NCBI GenBank assembly: GCA_029008595.1 | Contig: JAQXJH010000106.1 | Location: 8,957-72,956, forward strand | Direction: 5' to 3' | DNA: 64,000 nt | DNA from: Bacillota bacterium | GTDB lineage: Bacteria; Bacillota; Clostridia; Oscillospirales; Acutalibacteraceae | Shown here: one piece after another, positions 38,543 through 48,044 of the stretch | Layout: each line of letters begins with the position of its first letter | Numbering within the stretch: position 1 is the first letter of the stretch | Made by a program: the position numbers and the translations under genes | The notes under the pieces: generated by a model | What the model was told of the DNA's origin: nothing | Databases searched by the model: none | Seen by the model: only the letters and a program-made list of their open reading frames with translations

Positions 38543-38987
38543 AACGCACGCACTTAAAAGGGACTGCATTATTGTTAGAGACACCGTAATTGAGTGGAAG
38601 ATACTTGCCTCTGAATTGCGAAATAAATCACGAAACCAGCAAGAGGATGGGGAACTGCTTGCATATGCAGAAGCTCTTTCAATTATTCAGTCTATGATTC
38701 CGGAAGAGGAGCGTTCAAAACATCTGCTCAATTTTGACATAGGCAAAACCTGTCTGCTCAATTGACCGCTCCTTACAAAGGCATCTTTCGCCCCACTGGA
38801 CAGTGTCTTTTTTCCTGAGCATGCGTATCAATCGCCCGGAAATACCCTTGCGCCGTGAAAGATCAACTGCCGCTGCGGATAGAAACAGCGCAGTCACCGT
38901 CGGCGCGTTCGCGCTGAAATCCGGCAAAGACACCGGCAAAATACGGCGCAGAGACACGTCAGAGATCCTGCCGCCATATATCAAATA

Positions 38988-39027
38988 AAAGACAGCATAG
39001 CCATTTGACTATACTGTCTTTTTTTTG
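38988..39027. terminator. Bidirectional intrinsic terminator downstream of the FGGY kinase gene
   Basis: AAAGACAGCATAG...TATACTGTCTTT hairpin flanked by T-runs on both strands. Confidence 0.7.
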
Positions 39028-39072
39028 ATGATTTGATTCGGTTTTCTGCTTCACGGGTGAGCGCATTCCGCC

Positions 39073-40527
39073 TTACGGCAGCCGCTCTTTTGCGGCGAGG
39101 GAGCGATAGCGTTCCGATTTTTTGCGGTAAAAGCTGCGCATAGCGTTGTCCTGCGCGAGCAGCGGCGTCATTTTTGCCTTGGCGGAACCTGCTTCGGCAT
39201 AAGAGTAAAAAACGCCCGCACCCACTCCGGCGATCATCGCCGCACCGGCGCAGCAGGTTTCCGGCTGCGACATCCGGTACACGGTGCAGCCGGTGATCCA
39301 TTCCACCAGCCTGCTCCAAAGCTCGCTGCGTGCGGCGCCGCCCGTCATGATCAGCCGGTCTGCCGCAAGCCCCTGCCGGCGGAATTCCTCCAGTACAAGA
39401 TCCGCTTCAAACGCGACACCTTCCATCAGCGCCAGCGCAAGATCATAACGGTCATGCGAGAGAGAAAGGCCATAGATCTCCGCGCGCCGGCCCGGCCGGT
39501 TGTGCGGAAATCCCGCTCCGGCAAGATACGGCAGGAAAAACAGATTTTCGGCGGATTTCACCCGTTTTTCCGCTTCCCGGTCGATCGACGCATAGTCGCT
39601 GCCGATCAGATCCCGGTACCACTTCAGCGCCGAACCGGCCGTCACCAGCGACGCCATTGCGCCGAATCCTCCGGCCGGATGAATGCCCGGCGAAAGATGG
39701 GTATCCGAAAACATCAGATGGTCTGCGATCCCGAAAACGACCCATGTGGTTCCGGTGGCCAACAGCAGATCTCCCGGCCGGACTGCTCCGCTGCCCAGCG
39801 ATGCGCAATACTGGTCATGCGCGCCGTTGAATACCGGCGTGCCTTCCGGCAAGCCCAGTTCTTCTGCCGCCTGTGCCGTCAGCCCGCCGACTGCGGCGCC
39901 GGTCGGGCGGATCTCCGGCAGCCGTTCCGTTTGCACACCGACTTCGCGCAGGATATCGCCGTCCCATTCTCCGCGGCCGATATTGAACAGCTGGCGGATC
40001 GCGCCGCAGGTCGGGTCGATCACGCTTTTCCCCGTCAGCCGCCAGTTGATGAATTCCGGCGTGGAAACAAACTGATATGCGCGAGCAAAAAGCTCCGGCT
40101 CCTGTTTTCGCAGCCAGAGCAGCTTTGCCGCATCCAGAGACGGATTGACCGGCCAGCCGCAGGCGCGGTAGATCGTTTCTTCCCCCAGCGCGGCGGCCAG
40201 CTCTTTGGCCTCCTGCTGCGCACGGGTATCCATCCACGTCATCACCGGGCACAGCGGACGGCACTCTTTATCGACCGCCGTCATGCTGGCACCCTGCGCG
40301 GAGATTGAAATTCCCGCAGCCTTCTGCGGATCCAGTCCCTGCATCGCCTCGCGAACGCTCTGCACGACAGCCTGCCACCAGTCCTCCGCCGACTGAGTGA
40401 CCGCGCTGCCGTCGGTCTGCAGCGAATATTCCCGGTAGCCGCTCCCCAATGCCGTTCCGTCCGCGCGAAAAACGACTGTTTTGGTACCGGTCGTTCCGAC
40501 GTCGATCCCGATCAGATACGGATCCAT
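39073..40527 (-). CDS. FGGY-family carbohydrate kinase (xylulokinase-like)
   Basis: YLIGIDVGTTGTKTVVF N-terminal ATPase motif, GGAARS motif, about 484 aa. Start chosen at MDPYL. Confidence 0.85.
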   Translation of the reverse strand: MDPYLIGIDVGTTGTKTVVFRADGTALGSGYREYSLQTDGSAVTQSAEDWWQAVVQSVREAMQGLDPQKAAGISISAQGASMTAVDKECRPLCPVMTWMDTRAQQEAKELAAALGEETIYRACGWPVNPSLDAAKLLWLRKQEPELFARAYQFVSTPEFINWRLTGKSVIDPTCGAIRQLFNIGRGEWDGDILREVGVQTERLPEIRPTGAAVGGLTAQAAEELGLPEGTPVFNGAHDQYCASLGSGAVRPGDLLLATGTTWVVFGIADHLMFSDTHLSPGIHPAGGFGAMASLVTAGSALKWYRDLIGSDYASIDREAEKRVKSAENLFFLPYLAGAGFPHNRPGRRAEIYGLSLSHDRYDLALALMEGVAFEADLVLEEFRRQGLAADRLIMTGGAARSELWSRLVEWITGCTVYRMSQPETCCAGAAMIAGVGAGVFYSYAEAGSAKAKMTPLLAQDNAMRSFYRKKSERYRSLAAKERLP

Positions 40528-40560
40528 TGCCATCCTTCCTTTCGCAGTCTGCACAAGCAG

Positions 40561-41334
40561 CTATACTTCCTGAATCCGGACACAGTAATTCCGCAGCTCT
40601 TCGCGCCGCACCGCCGGCAACCCCGTGTCGGTGATCAGAAGGTCGATTTTCCGGCCGCGCGTATAGCTGACCACTGCGGAATTCTCAAACTTGCTCGCAT
40701 CCGCAAGGATCGTGCCGCAGTCCGTCTGCCCCAGCACCAGTTGATTCAGCCGCGCGGTTGAAAAATCCGTTGCGGTAAAGCCCGTCTGTCCGTTAAAGCC
40801 GTCCGTCCCGAAAAAAGCCTTGGAAAAATGAAGATTCCGGACGGTTTCCTCTGCCAGATAACCGCAAAAATCCCTGCGGTTGGAACGGTATACGCCGCCG
40901 ATCAGATTGACGTCCGTTTCGGCGCAGAGCAGCTCCAGATTGACCATTGAATTGGTAAAAACCGAGAGATTCAGCTTTTCCGCGCGGATCCTTGCCGCCA
41001 GAAGCGCACTCAGCTGCGCGATCGTCGTGCCGGAATCCAGATAAACAACGTCTCCGTCCGCGATCATCTGCACGGCGGCGGCAGCGATCCTTGTTTTTTC
41101 TTCCGAATGGATCCCTTCCAGCTGCTCATAACGGTAATCGGAATTGGCCAGCCCTTCCAGCTGGATGGCGCCGTGTACGCGGACAACGCCGCTTTTTCCT
41201 GCCATGGCGGTAAACAACCGGCGAACGGTCGATTCCGAAACGTCGAGCATCCGCATTGCCTCCGACAAATCGATCCGGCCGGCGATTTTCAGCGCATCCA
41301 GCAGCTTCCGTTCATATGCGTCGCTTTTTTTCAT
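40561..41334 (-). CDS. DeoR/GlpR-family transcriptional repressor
   Basis: N-terminal wHTH (MRMLDVSESTVRRLF) and C-terminal sugar-phosphate-binding DeoR_C domain, 257 aa. Confidence 0.85.
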   Translation of the reverse strand: MKKSDAYERKLLDALKIAGRIDLSEAMRMLDVSESTVRRLFTAMAGKSGVVRVHGAIQLEGLANSDYRYEQLEGIHSEEKTRIAAAAVQMIADGDVVYLDSGTTIAQLSALLAARIRAEKLNLSVFTNSMVNLELLCAETDVNLIGGVYRSNRRDFCGYLAEETVRNLHFSKAFFGTDGFNGQTGFTATDFSTARLNQLVLGQTDCGTILADASKFENSAVVSYTRGRKIDLLITDTGLPAVRREELRNYCVRIQEV

Positions 41335-41379
41335 AACTGACCGATTCCTTTCTGTTTCTGTGCGGGTGCAGGCGCTGCA

Positions 41380-42636
41380 TTACTCCGCTTCCTTGCCCGC
41401 TTCAAACAACGCCCGGCAGCGGGCGTAAACCTCGTCCGGAATCACCGGATCGCCGTCCTTGCAGACCGGCAGCAGCTGATCGCCCGCAATTGCACGGTTT
41501 GTGCAGGCGTGGTCGTTCCGCCATGCGTCGCGTTCCGCCGGATTCCGGAGATCCGGCACGCGCATCGGCCGGTTTCCGTTCAGAATGGAGCGGTAGGCAA
41601 GAATTCCGCAGATCCCCATGTCGACCGCATGGTAAACATCGATCGAATACTGCTCGCCTTCGGGGCTGCCGAGGATTTTTTCAATAAAGAAATGCGTCGG
41701 ATAAAAATCGCTGCCGCCGTGGGAGGCAAATTTTTCGGCCAGAGCCGGCGTGATGAATTTTTCCGGCTTGTAATGCTTCAATTCTCCCTTGCAGAGCTTT
41801 TCGCCCTCGATATAGCAGGAAAGATCGCCGGTATCCCACCGGCCGGATTCCATCATGCCCTTCGTGCCGTACACTTCGAACGTATAGCTGACCGGTTCGC
41901 GCTTCAGGCCGCCGTGAACGCTTTTGCCGATCGCACCGTTGTCAAACGTGATCATTTCAATGGCGCCCGTTCCGCCGTTCAGGCTGCAGGTATCGCCGCG
42001 GGACATATTTTTGTTCGTTTCAAAACCGACCACCTGCACCGGCCGTCTGCCTGTGATCATCATCATCGGGCCGATGCTGTGCGTGCAGTAAAAGGTGGAA
42101 TAGGCACGGTTTCTCCAATGATTTTTATCCCCCTGCGTGATGCGCGGCCAGATGGAAGAACAGTCGTGTACATATTCGCCTTCGGCGTACTGCACCTCGC
42201 CGATATCTCCGTTGGCGTAGCGGCGCCACATTTCAAAGGTGCTGGCCATATAGCAGTAATTTTCGGCGTACGCATAAATCTTGCCGCTCTGCTCCACCGC
42301 TTCGATCAGCTCCACCGCCTGTGCCATGGTTTCGCACGGCAGAACCTCGCTGAGCACATGCCGGCCCGATTTCAGGCAGCGGATCGCATAGGGCGCGTGC
42401 TCGTTGGCATAGTTGGCAAGCACGACGGCGTCCATATCATGGAGGAAGAATTCTTCAAAGTCCGTATACAGAGCAATTTCGGTATGATATTTTTCGGCGA
42501 TCTCCTTTACCGCATCCAACGCCGGAACATAGCGGTCGCACACAGCCACGACTTCCGCATCGGGATGCGACGCCAGCACCTCGATCATCACCTTGCCGCG
42601 CTGAGCGCCGAAAACGCCGACTCTGATCTTTGCCAT
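41380..42636 (-). CDS. Gfo/Idh/MocA-family oxidoreductase
   Basis: N-terminal Rossmann fold (IRVGVFGAQRG), 418 aa. AAAGGAG RBS. Confidence 0.8.
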   Translation of the reverse strand: MAKIRVGVFGAQRGKVMIEVLASHPDAEVVAVCDRYVPALDAVKEIAEKYHTEIALYTDFEEFFLHDMDAVVLANYANEHAPYAIRCLKSGRHVLSEVLPCETMAQAVELIEAVEQSGKIYAYAENYCYMASTFEMWRRYANGDIGEVQYAEGEYVHDCSSIWPRITQGDKNHWRNRAYSTFYCTHSIGPMMMITGRRPVQVVGFETNKNMSRGDTCSLNGGTGAIEMITFDNGAIGKSVHGGLKREPVSYTFEVYGTKGMMESGRWDTGDLSCYIEGEKLCKGELKHYKPEKFITPALAEKFASHGGSDFYPTHFFIEKILGSPEGEQYSIDVYHAVDMGICGILAYRSILNGNRPMRVPDLRNPAERDAWRNDHACTNRAIAGDQLLPVCKDGDPVIPDEVYARCRALFEAGKEAE

Positions 42637-42674
42637 AAAACAAAACTCCTTTCATCCTGGTAGACTGACCCGGT

Positions 42675-44234
42675 TCAAACTTCCTGTTCCAGATGATCCA
42701 GCGCGGCCCGAAGCCGTCCGGCAAGAAAATCCAGCATTTTTTCGGACGCGATCACCGGCGGCTTCAGCAGCACGGCCGGCGGGCAGTTGGCTTTGTACAG
42801 CTGCGCCGAGGTATCGATACATTCTTCATTCACCAGCGAAGCGAAGCGGGCAGCCGTTGCCACGTCATGAAAATGCAGCGCACCCAGCAGCCCCAGACCT
42901 TCCGCACGGCAGACCGTCGCGCTGTAATCGTCCGCGATCTGCTGCAGCGCGTGCTCAAACTGCTCGCCCAGCTTGTGCAGGCGCTCCTGATTGGCCTCTT
43001 CAAACGTCATGGTGATCAGATAAGCCAGCGACGCCAGCTCCTCCTGCCCGTTGGTGACCAGCGCGCCGAACTGGCTGAGGGTATCCATCTCCGCCGTGGT
43101 AATGATCTTGCTGGCGGGGTATTCTCCGCCCGGGAAGCCTTTTCCGACCGTAACAAAATCCGGCTGCAGGCCGTAAAGCTGGAACAGGAACATGCCCGGA
43201 TACCACATTCCGGTCTGAATTTCGTCTACCATGGTGGGGGTATCGGTTTCGCGGCAGAGCGCATGCGCTGCGCGGACATACTCCGGCTCCAACCGCACTC
43301 CGCCGTAATTCATCAGGATCAGCTCATGCAGAAAGCCTGCCGTTTTGAAGTTTCCGCTGTTGTAGCGTTCCATCTTAGCGCGGAAATCTTCCAGATCGTT
43401 GACGGCGACCGGAACCACCTTGTAGATCCCGGCAGCTTCCAGCTTTTCGGCAAGCTCCGGCCACAGCCCGCGGAACGTCTGCGCCGTGATGCAGGTGCCG
43501 TGATAGTTGGCCTCCGGTCCGCCGTTCTGATCCTGCATCACAAAAAACACCGGCGTTTTTCCCGCATATTTCGGTTCGGCCGAGGTCGGCTCCAGACGGT
43601 AAAAGCGCGCCAGCATCATTTTGATCGCCGCTTCGCACGCAAGAGATCCCGTTTCCAGATTGATCACGCGGTTCAGAACATGCGGCTCGGCCGACTGCAG
43701 AACCGTTTCCAGCGCAGCGCCATCTTCGCCGATGATCCCGTTGGCCGCTGCAATGAGCCGCTGCTCCAGCAGGCGGGTGACAAAGCCGCGCGTATTGTTG
43801 TGCGTCGCGTTGAGGATGCCGATTTTTCTCGCATTGTCAATCAGCCGGTAGCCCGGGAAGCGGTGTCCCAGCGAAGCCTGATAATGCTCGCTTTTCCCCA
43901 GCAGGTAAAGCCGGCCGTTTTCCCCCAGACGATAGCCGCAGGCGCCGGTCAGCGGAGCGGCAAAGGAGTGCGCAGCCTTTCGGAATGCATCGGTCGGCGC
44001 GCCCTGATTCTCCTCCCGGAACGGCGGGATCATCTCTTTGCCGACGGAACGCAGCAGCTCATCGTTTTTTTGCTGCATCGCTTCCGGATAAAAATCAACT
44101 TTTTCGTTGGCCGCCGCAAGCGCTTCCTCTTTGCTCAAAAGCCCAAGGGCCGCTCCGGCTTCCGCCACATGTTCCACATACTCTGCGCCAAGCAGATCGG
44201 TCAAGGATAATTTCGGTGAACAGAACATTTTCAT
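42675..44234 (-). CDS. Class-III PLP-dependent aminotransferase with N-terminal extension
   Basis: SLGHRFPG, DEIQTGMWYPG and VTVGKGFPGG (Schiff-base Lys) motifs. About 519 aa, with the start at MKMFCSP. Confidence 0.75.
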   Translation of the reverse strand: MKMFCSPKLSLTDLLGAEYVEHVAEAGAALGLLSKEEALAAANEKVDFYPEAMQQKNDELLRSVGKEMIPPFREENQGAPTDAFRKAAHSFAAPLTGACGYRLGENGRLYLLGKSEHYQASLGHRFPGYRLIDNARKIGILNATHNNTRGFVTRLLEQRLIAAANGIIGEDGAALETVLQSAEPHVLNRVINLETGSLACEAAIKMMLARFYRLEPTSAEPKYAGKTPVFFVMQDQNGGPEANYHGTCITAQTFRGLWPELAEKLEAAGIYKVVPVAVNDLEDFRAKMERYNSGNFKTAGFLHELILMNYGGVRLEPEYVRAAHALCRETDTPTMVDEIQTGMWYPGMFLFQLYGLQPDFVTVGKGFPGGEYPASKIITTAEMDTLSQFGALVTNGQEELASLAYLITMTFEEANQERLHKLGEQFEHALQQIADDYSATVCRAEGLGLLGALHFHDVATAARFASLVNEECIDTSAQLYKANCPPAVLLKPPVIASEKMLDFLAGRLRAALDHLEQEV

Positions 44235-44250
44235 CCGCCTTTCTTCTGTT

Positions 44251-45636
44251 TCAGATCCGTACGGTCTCCATGCCCAGCAGGCGGGCAAAGAATTCCAGCT
44301 GCTCCGGCTCCGCGCCGTAAATCAGAATACTGTGGTGCGTTGCGCCGTTCTGAGAAAGCCGCTCAAGAAAATCCGGCAGTTCAGCCTGCGGGCGCATCCA
44401 GCCGCGCATGGCGGACGGGAAGACCTCCGGCGGGATGTCCAGCATTTCCACCGGGGAGATGACCGCGCGGAAATCCTCGGCGCCGCGGGAAATGTTCAGA
44501 AAAACTGCTTTTCCGCCGCGGAAGCCTGCGTAGCCGACCACCGGCGCCGACGCATCGGTATAATTGAAGGAAGCGCCGCGCAGCTGCGGTTTTCCGTCTG
44601 CGATACGGTAATTGATCTCTCCCATATGGCTCAGGAACAGGTTGCCGTTCTGCCAGTCGGGGCAGAATATCTCGGTGAACGAGCTTTCCGGGAACGCCTG
44701 CAGCAGCGCACCGGTAAAGGCCGCCGTCAGAACGTCGCCTTCTCCGGCGTATCCGACTCCGTTTTCCATTGCACGGCAGGCCTCGGTAAACGGCATGGAA
44801 TCCAACCCAGCCGACGGGCTGACCTTCAGGAAATTGACCGAAAAAGCGCCGAGCTGATGACGTTCCGCCCATTTGCGCACCGTCAGGCAGGCCTTTGTAT
44901 TCAGCCGGAAGCAGGTCTCATCCAGCGGTTCCGGGATCTCGAAGCGTTCCCGCGCACACGCCATCTCCCGTTCAATTTCCTCATTCGTTACGGAATCGCG
45001 GATCCTGCACAATTCGGCCGGGTCAGCCGTCTCCAGCTCCACGCCGAACCGGCTGCGCAGTTCTTCGCCGGACACCAGAAAATCTCCCATACCGGCAAAG
45101 CTGCCGCCGCAGCTGCCGACCCGCATTCCCTTCAGCGCTCCGGCTGCTCTGGCTGCGCGGGCAAAACCTGCAGCGCGGTGGATCACGTCTGAATTCTGCC
45201 AGTGTCCGGCGCAGATTGCATACGGTTTTCCGTTCCGGCGCAGCAGACTGCAAAGATCCATCACGCCGTGGATGCCGTGGTTGTAGTTGATCTCGTCGGG
45301 ATCCTGCTGAAAATCAAAGGTAAAAGTCTCGGTCGTGTCCAGCACGATGACCGGCAGCGGAGTTTCGGTCAGCACCGCCACGGATTCCAGCGACGGCGAA
45401 TACGCCATGTGGAGCGTGATGATGCAGTCGGCACCCTGCTGCTCAAACTGCCGCACCGCCCCGGCAAATTCCGATTCCAGCCGGCAGAATCCGGTGCGCA
45501 GCACCTCAAGGCCCTCCTGCTCCAGCCGGCCGGCAATTTTTTGATAAAACGGCTCCAGCCTGTCGCGCAGGGACGGGATCAGATCGTCATAAAGCTTGAT
45601 GTAAAGGGGCAGAAGCCCCGCCCGGATCTTTTTCAT
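44251..45636 (-). CDS. L-arabinose isomerase (AraA) family sugar isomerase
   Basis: By-eye matches to E. coli AraA motifs: HGIHG...AGHWQN, GYAGEGDVLTAAF, LSHMGE, GATHHSILIYG. Confidence 0.7.
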   Translation of the reverse strand: MKKIRAGLLPLYIKLYDDLIPSLRDRLEPFYQKIAGRLEQEGLEVLRTGFCRLESEFAGAVRQFEQQGADCIITLHMAYSPSLESVAVLTETPLPVIVLDTTETFTFDFQQDPDEINYNHGIHGVMDLCSLLRRNGKPYAICAGHWQNSDVIHRAAGFARAARAAGALKGMRVGSCGGSFAGMGDFLVSGEELRSRFGVELETADPAELCRIRDSVTNEEIEREMACARERFEIPEPLDETCFRLNTKACLTVRKWAERHQLGAFSVNFLKVSPSAGLDSMPFTEACRAMENGVGYAGEGDVLTAAFTGALLQAFPESSFTEIFCPDWQNGNLFLSHMGEINYRIADGKPQLRGASFNYTDASAPVVGYAGFRGGKAVFLNISRGAEDFRAVISPVEMLDIPPEVFPSAMRGWMRPQAELPDFLERLSQNGATHHSILIYGAEPEQLEFFARLLGMETVRI

Positions 45637-45675
45637 ACATCCATTCTTCCTTTCTGCGTTTTTGCATGAGTTCCA

Positions 45676-46698
45676 TCAAAACCGGATGCCAAACAGCTTT
45701 GCCGCATTGCCGCAAAGAATATCGGCGACCTCTTTTTTGTTCAGCGCAAGCTTCTGTGCACAGCGGCGGAAGGCCCGCAGCTCCTCATACAGGAAATTGG
45801 TCAGTCCCGGTTCGTCCGTTTCCCGCATATGCGGATCGGACGATACGTCGCCGTACAGGCCGCGCGGAACCACATTATAATAGATCCCGTTTTCCGTGAT
45901 GCGGTACATCCGCATTTTGGTGATCGGCAGGTCGGAACCGAACATGAGGCGGCCGGTTCCCACCGCTTCAATGCATTGCTCCATCGCAAGATCCAGCGTG
46001 TTGGCGGTAAAATCAAACATCATGTGCTGCGTATGCTTCAGCGTCTGGAACGCATCGCCGAGATCCTCTTTGGAATACGCGCGGCCGACATGCGCAACGA
46101 TCAGCTTCACGTTCGGCCAGCGTTCTTCGATCTGCATCAGCTGGGCAATATTCAGTGGATCGCGCAGACGGCCGGGACGCGAGATGTGCAGCATGACGAT
46201 CCAGCCGTAACGGTTTGCCAGCTCCAGATGCTCCGGCGGCAGAAAGTCAAAGATCCTCACCTCGCTGCCGGGGATATAGGCCGGCGCATTGCTCAGATAA
46301 GGCTTCAGCCCACAGTAGCCGCCTTCCGTAACTGCCCGTTCCACTTCCTCAGCAGACTGTGACGAATGCGTACAGTAGAGCACCGGCAGACTGGCCTTCG
46401 CGGCGCAGGCCTGTGCATAGGCGTTCGTTCCCGCCAGATCGACGACCGGATAGCCCATCAGCACCGGTTTGACGCACTGGTTCGGGAACAGATCGCGGTA
46501 CGTCTGCTGAAGATCCTCCATCGTGCATTCCTCTGCGACCAGCTGCGTCCAGGTCACGCAGCCCTTCGCCTCCTGATGGTGATCATGCTCCTTCTTCCAC
46601 AGATGCGCGTGTACATCGATCATATGTTCCGGCAGAAACGGAGCCAGTTCTTCTTCATAGACCCGCCGGTCGGCCTCGGTCATTTCAAATCCAAACAT
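45676..46698 (-). CDS. Amidohydrolase-2 family metal-dependent hydrolase (lactonase/decarboxylase fold)
   Basis: IDVHAHLW N-terminal metal motif, ...VMLHISRPG..., ...VAHVG..., FGSDLP. GGAGGA RBS. Confidence 0.7.
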   Translation of the reverse strand: MFGFEMTEADRRVYEEELAPFLPEHMIDVHAHLWKKEHDHHQEAKGCVTWTQLVAEECTMEDLQQTYRDLFPNQCVKPVLMGYPVVDLAGTNAYAQACAAKASLPVLYCTHSSQSAEEVERAVTEGGYCGLKPYLSNAPAYIPGSEVRIFDFLPPEHLELANRYGWIVMLHISRPGRLRDPLNIAQLMQIEERWPNVKLIVAHVGRAYSKEDLGDAFQTLKHTQHMMFDFTANTLDLAMEQCIEAVGTGRLMFGSDLPITKMRMYRITENGIYYNVVPRGLYGDVSSDPHMRETDEPGLTNFLYEELRAFRRCAQKLALNKKEVADILCGNAAKLFGIRF

Positions 46699-46701
46699 GT
46701 T

Positions 46702-47835
46702 TCATTCCTCCAGCGAAACGACGCGCCCGGTGCGGAAGGATTCCAGCGCCGCCGTATGCAGTTTATGCGAAAGCGCGGTTTCCTCCGGCGTAAAGCAGCC
46801 GAACCGCGGATCCTGACCGTCCAGCTCTGCCAGAAAGGCAGCCCACATCTGCAGGATCGCGTCGGTAAAGCCGAATTCAAAGATCCCGCCGGTGATGGTT
46901 GCAAACAGCGGCTTGTAGCCGACATTCAGCCGGCACCACGCCTGTTCCTTGTCCCAGCTTTGGGTGTAGCAGAACGCTCCCGGATCGTTTGTGGAAAAAC
47001 GGGCGGAATTCTTCAGCCCGAGCACCTCAAGGCTCCATTCGTTCGTGGAACCGGGCGACATGCGCTTGGTTTCAAAATAAATCGGGAAGGTTCCGTTTTC
47101 ATCTTCCGTGTCGCAGATCATCACAGCGTTGTCCCACGTTCTGCATTCCGCCATACCGCCCTTGCCGTCCGGCCGTTCGGTGATCAGGTTGGAAAGCTTT
47201 GCATAAACGTTTTTCGGCTTCCAGCCCACGCGGAACGGAACGTGCTGCGTATGGATCCCCAGGTCGCCCATACAGCCGTACTCCCCGTTGATCTCGATCA
47301 TCCGCTTCCAGTTGATCGGTTTGTTCGGATCCATATCGCTGCTGTGCTTGAAGCAGGAGCGCACCTCGATAATTTTGCCGAAGCGCCCTTCGCGGATCCA
47401 GCGGATGAGCTGCTGGCAGGCCGGATAATACGGGAACTCGCTTGCGCAGCGCACCAGAACCTCCGGATGCTCCCGGACCGCCTGCATAATCCGGTCGTTG
47501 GCTGCCTTGTCGATTCCGAAGGGCTTTTCCCCCAGAAGGTGCTTGCCGGCACGGATGATATCGCAGTAGACCTGCGCGTGCAGATTATGCGGCAGGGCGC
47601 AGTAAACGGCCTGAACCTGCGGGTCGCGCAGCAGCTCGTGATAATCGTCGGTCACCAGACCGATCGACGGAAAATGATCGGTAAACCACTTGGCAGACGC
47701 CGGATTCTTATCGCACACCGCGACCAGCTCCGGCTGCGGAAGATCCTCCAGCAGATGGCACCATCTGGCCGAAGCGCTCGCAAATTCACGGCCCATCAGA
47801 CCACAGCCGATAATCCCGAATCGAATCTTTTTCAT
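46702..47835 (-). CDS. Gfo/Idh/MocA-family oxidoreductase
   Basis: MKKIRFGIIGCGLMGREF Rossmann N-terminus with AGGGGG RBS. The track start at 47874 was trimmed. Confidence 0.8.
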   Translation of the reverse strand: MKKIRFGIIGCGLMGREFASASARWCHLLEDLPQPELVAVCDKNPASAKWFTDHFPSIGLVTDDYHELLRDPQVQAVYCALPHNLHAQVYCDIIRAGKHLLGEKPFGIDKAANDRIMQAVREHPEVLVRCASEFPYYPACQQLIRWIREGRFGKIIEVRSCFKHSSDMDPNKPINWKRMIEINGEYGCMGDLGIHTQHVPFRVGWKPKNVYAKLSNLITERPDGKGGMAECRTWDNAVMICDTEDENGTFPIYFETKRMSPGSTNEWSLEVLGLKNSARFSTNDPGAFCYTQSWDKEQAWCRLNVGYKPLFATITGGIFEFGFTDAILQMWAAFLAELDGQDPRFGCFTPEETALSHKLHTAALESFRTGRVVSLEE

Positions 47836-47894
47836 AAACAGCCCCCTGACACTTTGCTGAATTTTGCCGGGCAAACGCTTTGCCCGATGAAATC

Positions 47895-47923
47895 ATCATA
47901 TCATTTCCGAACGAATCGGTCAA
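47895..47923 (-). promoter_or_regulatory. Internal sigma-A type promoter of the enzyme sub-operon
   Basis: Minus strand TTGACC (47923-47918), 17-nt spacer, TATGAT (47900-47895). Confidence 0.55.
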
Positions 47924-47962
47924 TAGATTGGGTTAAAATGACCGTTTTATTTGAAATCGGTC

Positions 47963-47998
47963 AAAAAAATCATCCGCGCAGCAAAACGCGGATGATTT
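47963..47998 (-). terminator. Intrinsic terminator after the 2-hydroxyacid dehydrogenase gene
   Basis: Minus strand AAATCATCCGCG...CGCGGATGATTT hairpin followed by TTTTTTT. Confidence 0.75.
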
Positions 47999-48044
47999 CT
48001 GACTGTTTGTTTGAACGAAGACTGCCGCGCTCCGGCAGCCGGCC

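Noticed and set aside
38715-38988. ORFs 38715-38984 (minus, 89 aa) and 38803-38988 (plus, 61 aa) in the prfB-kinase gap
   Set aside because: They have no RBS, they mutually overlap on opposite strands, and their products are implausible and Arg-rich. They were left unannotated and the region is reported only as a possible remnant.
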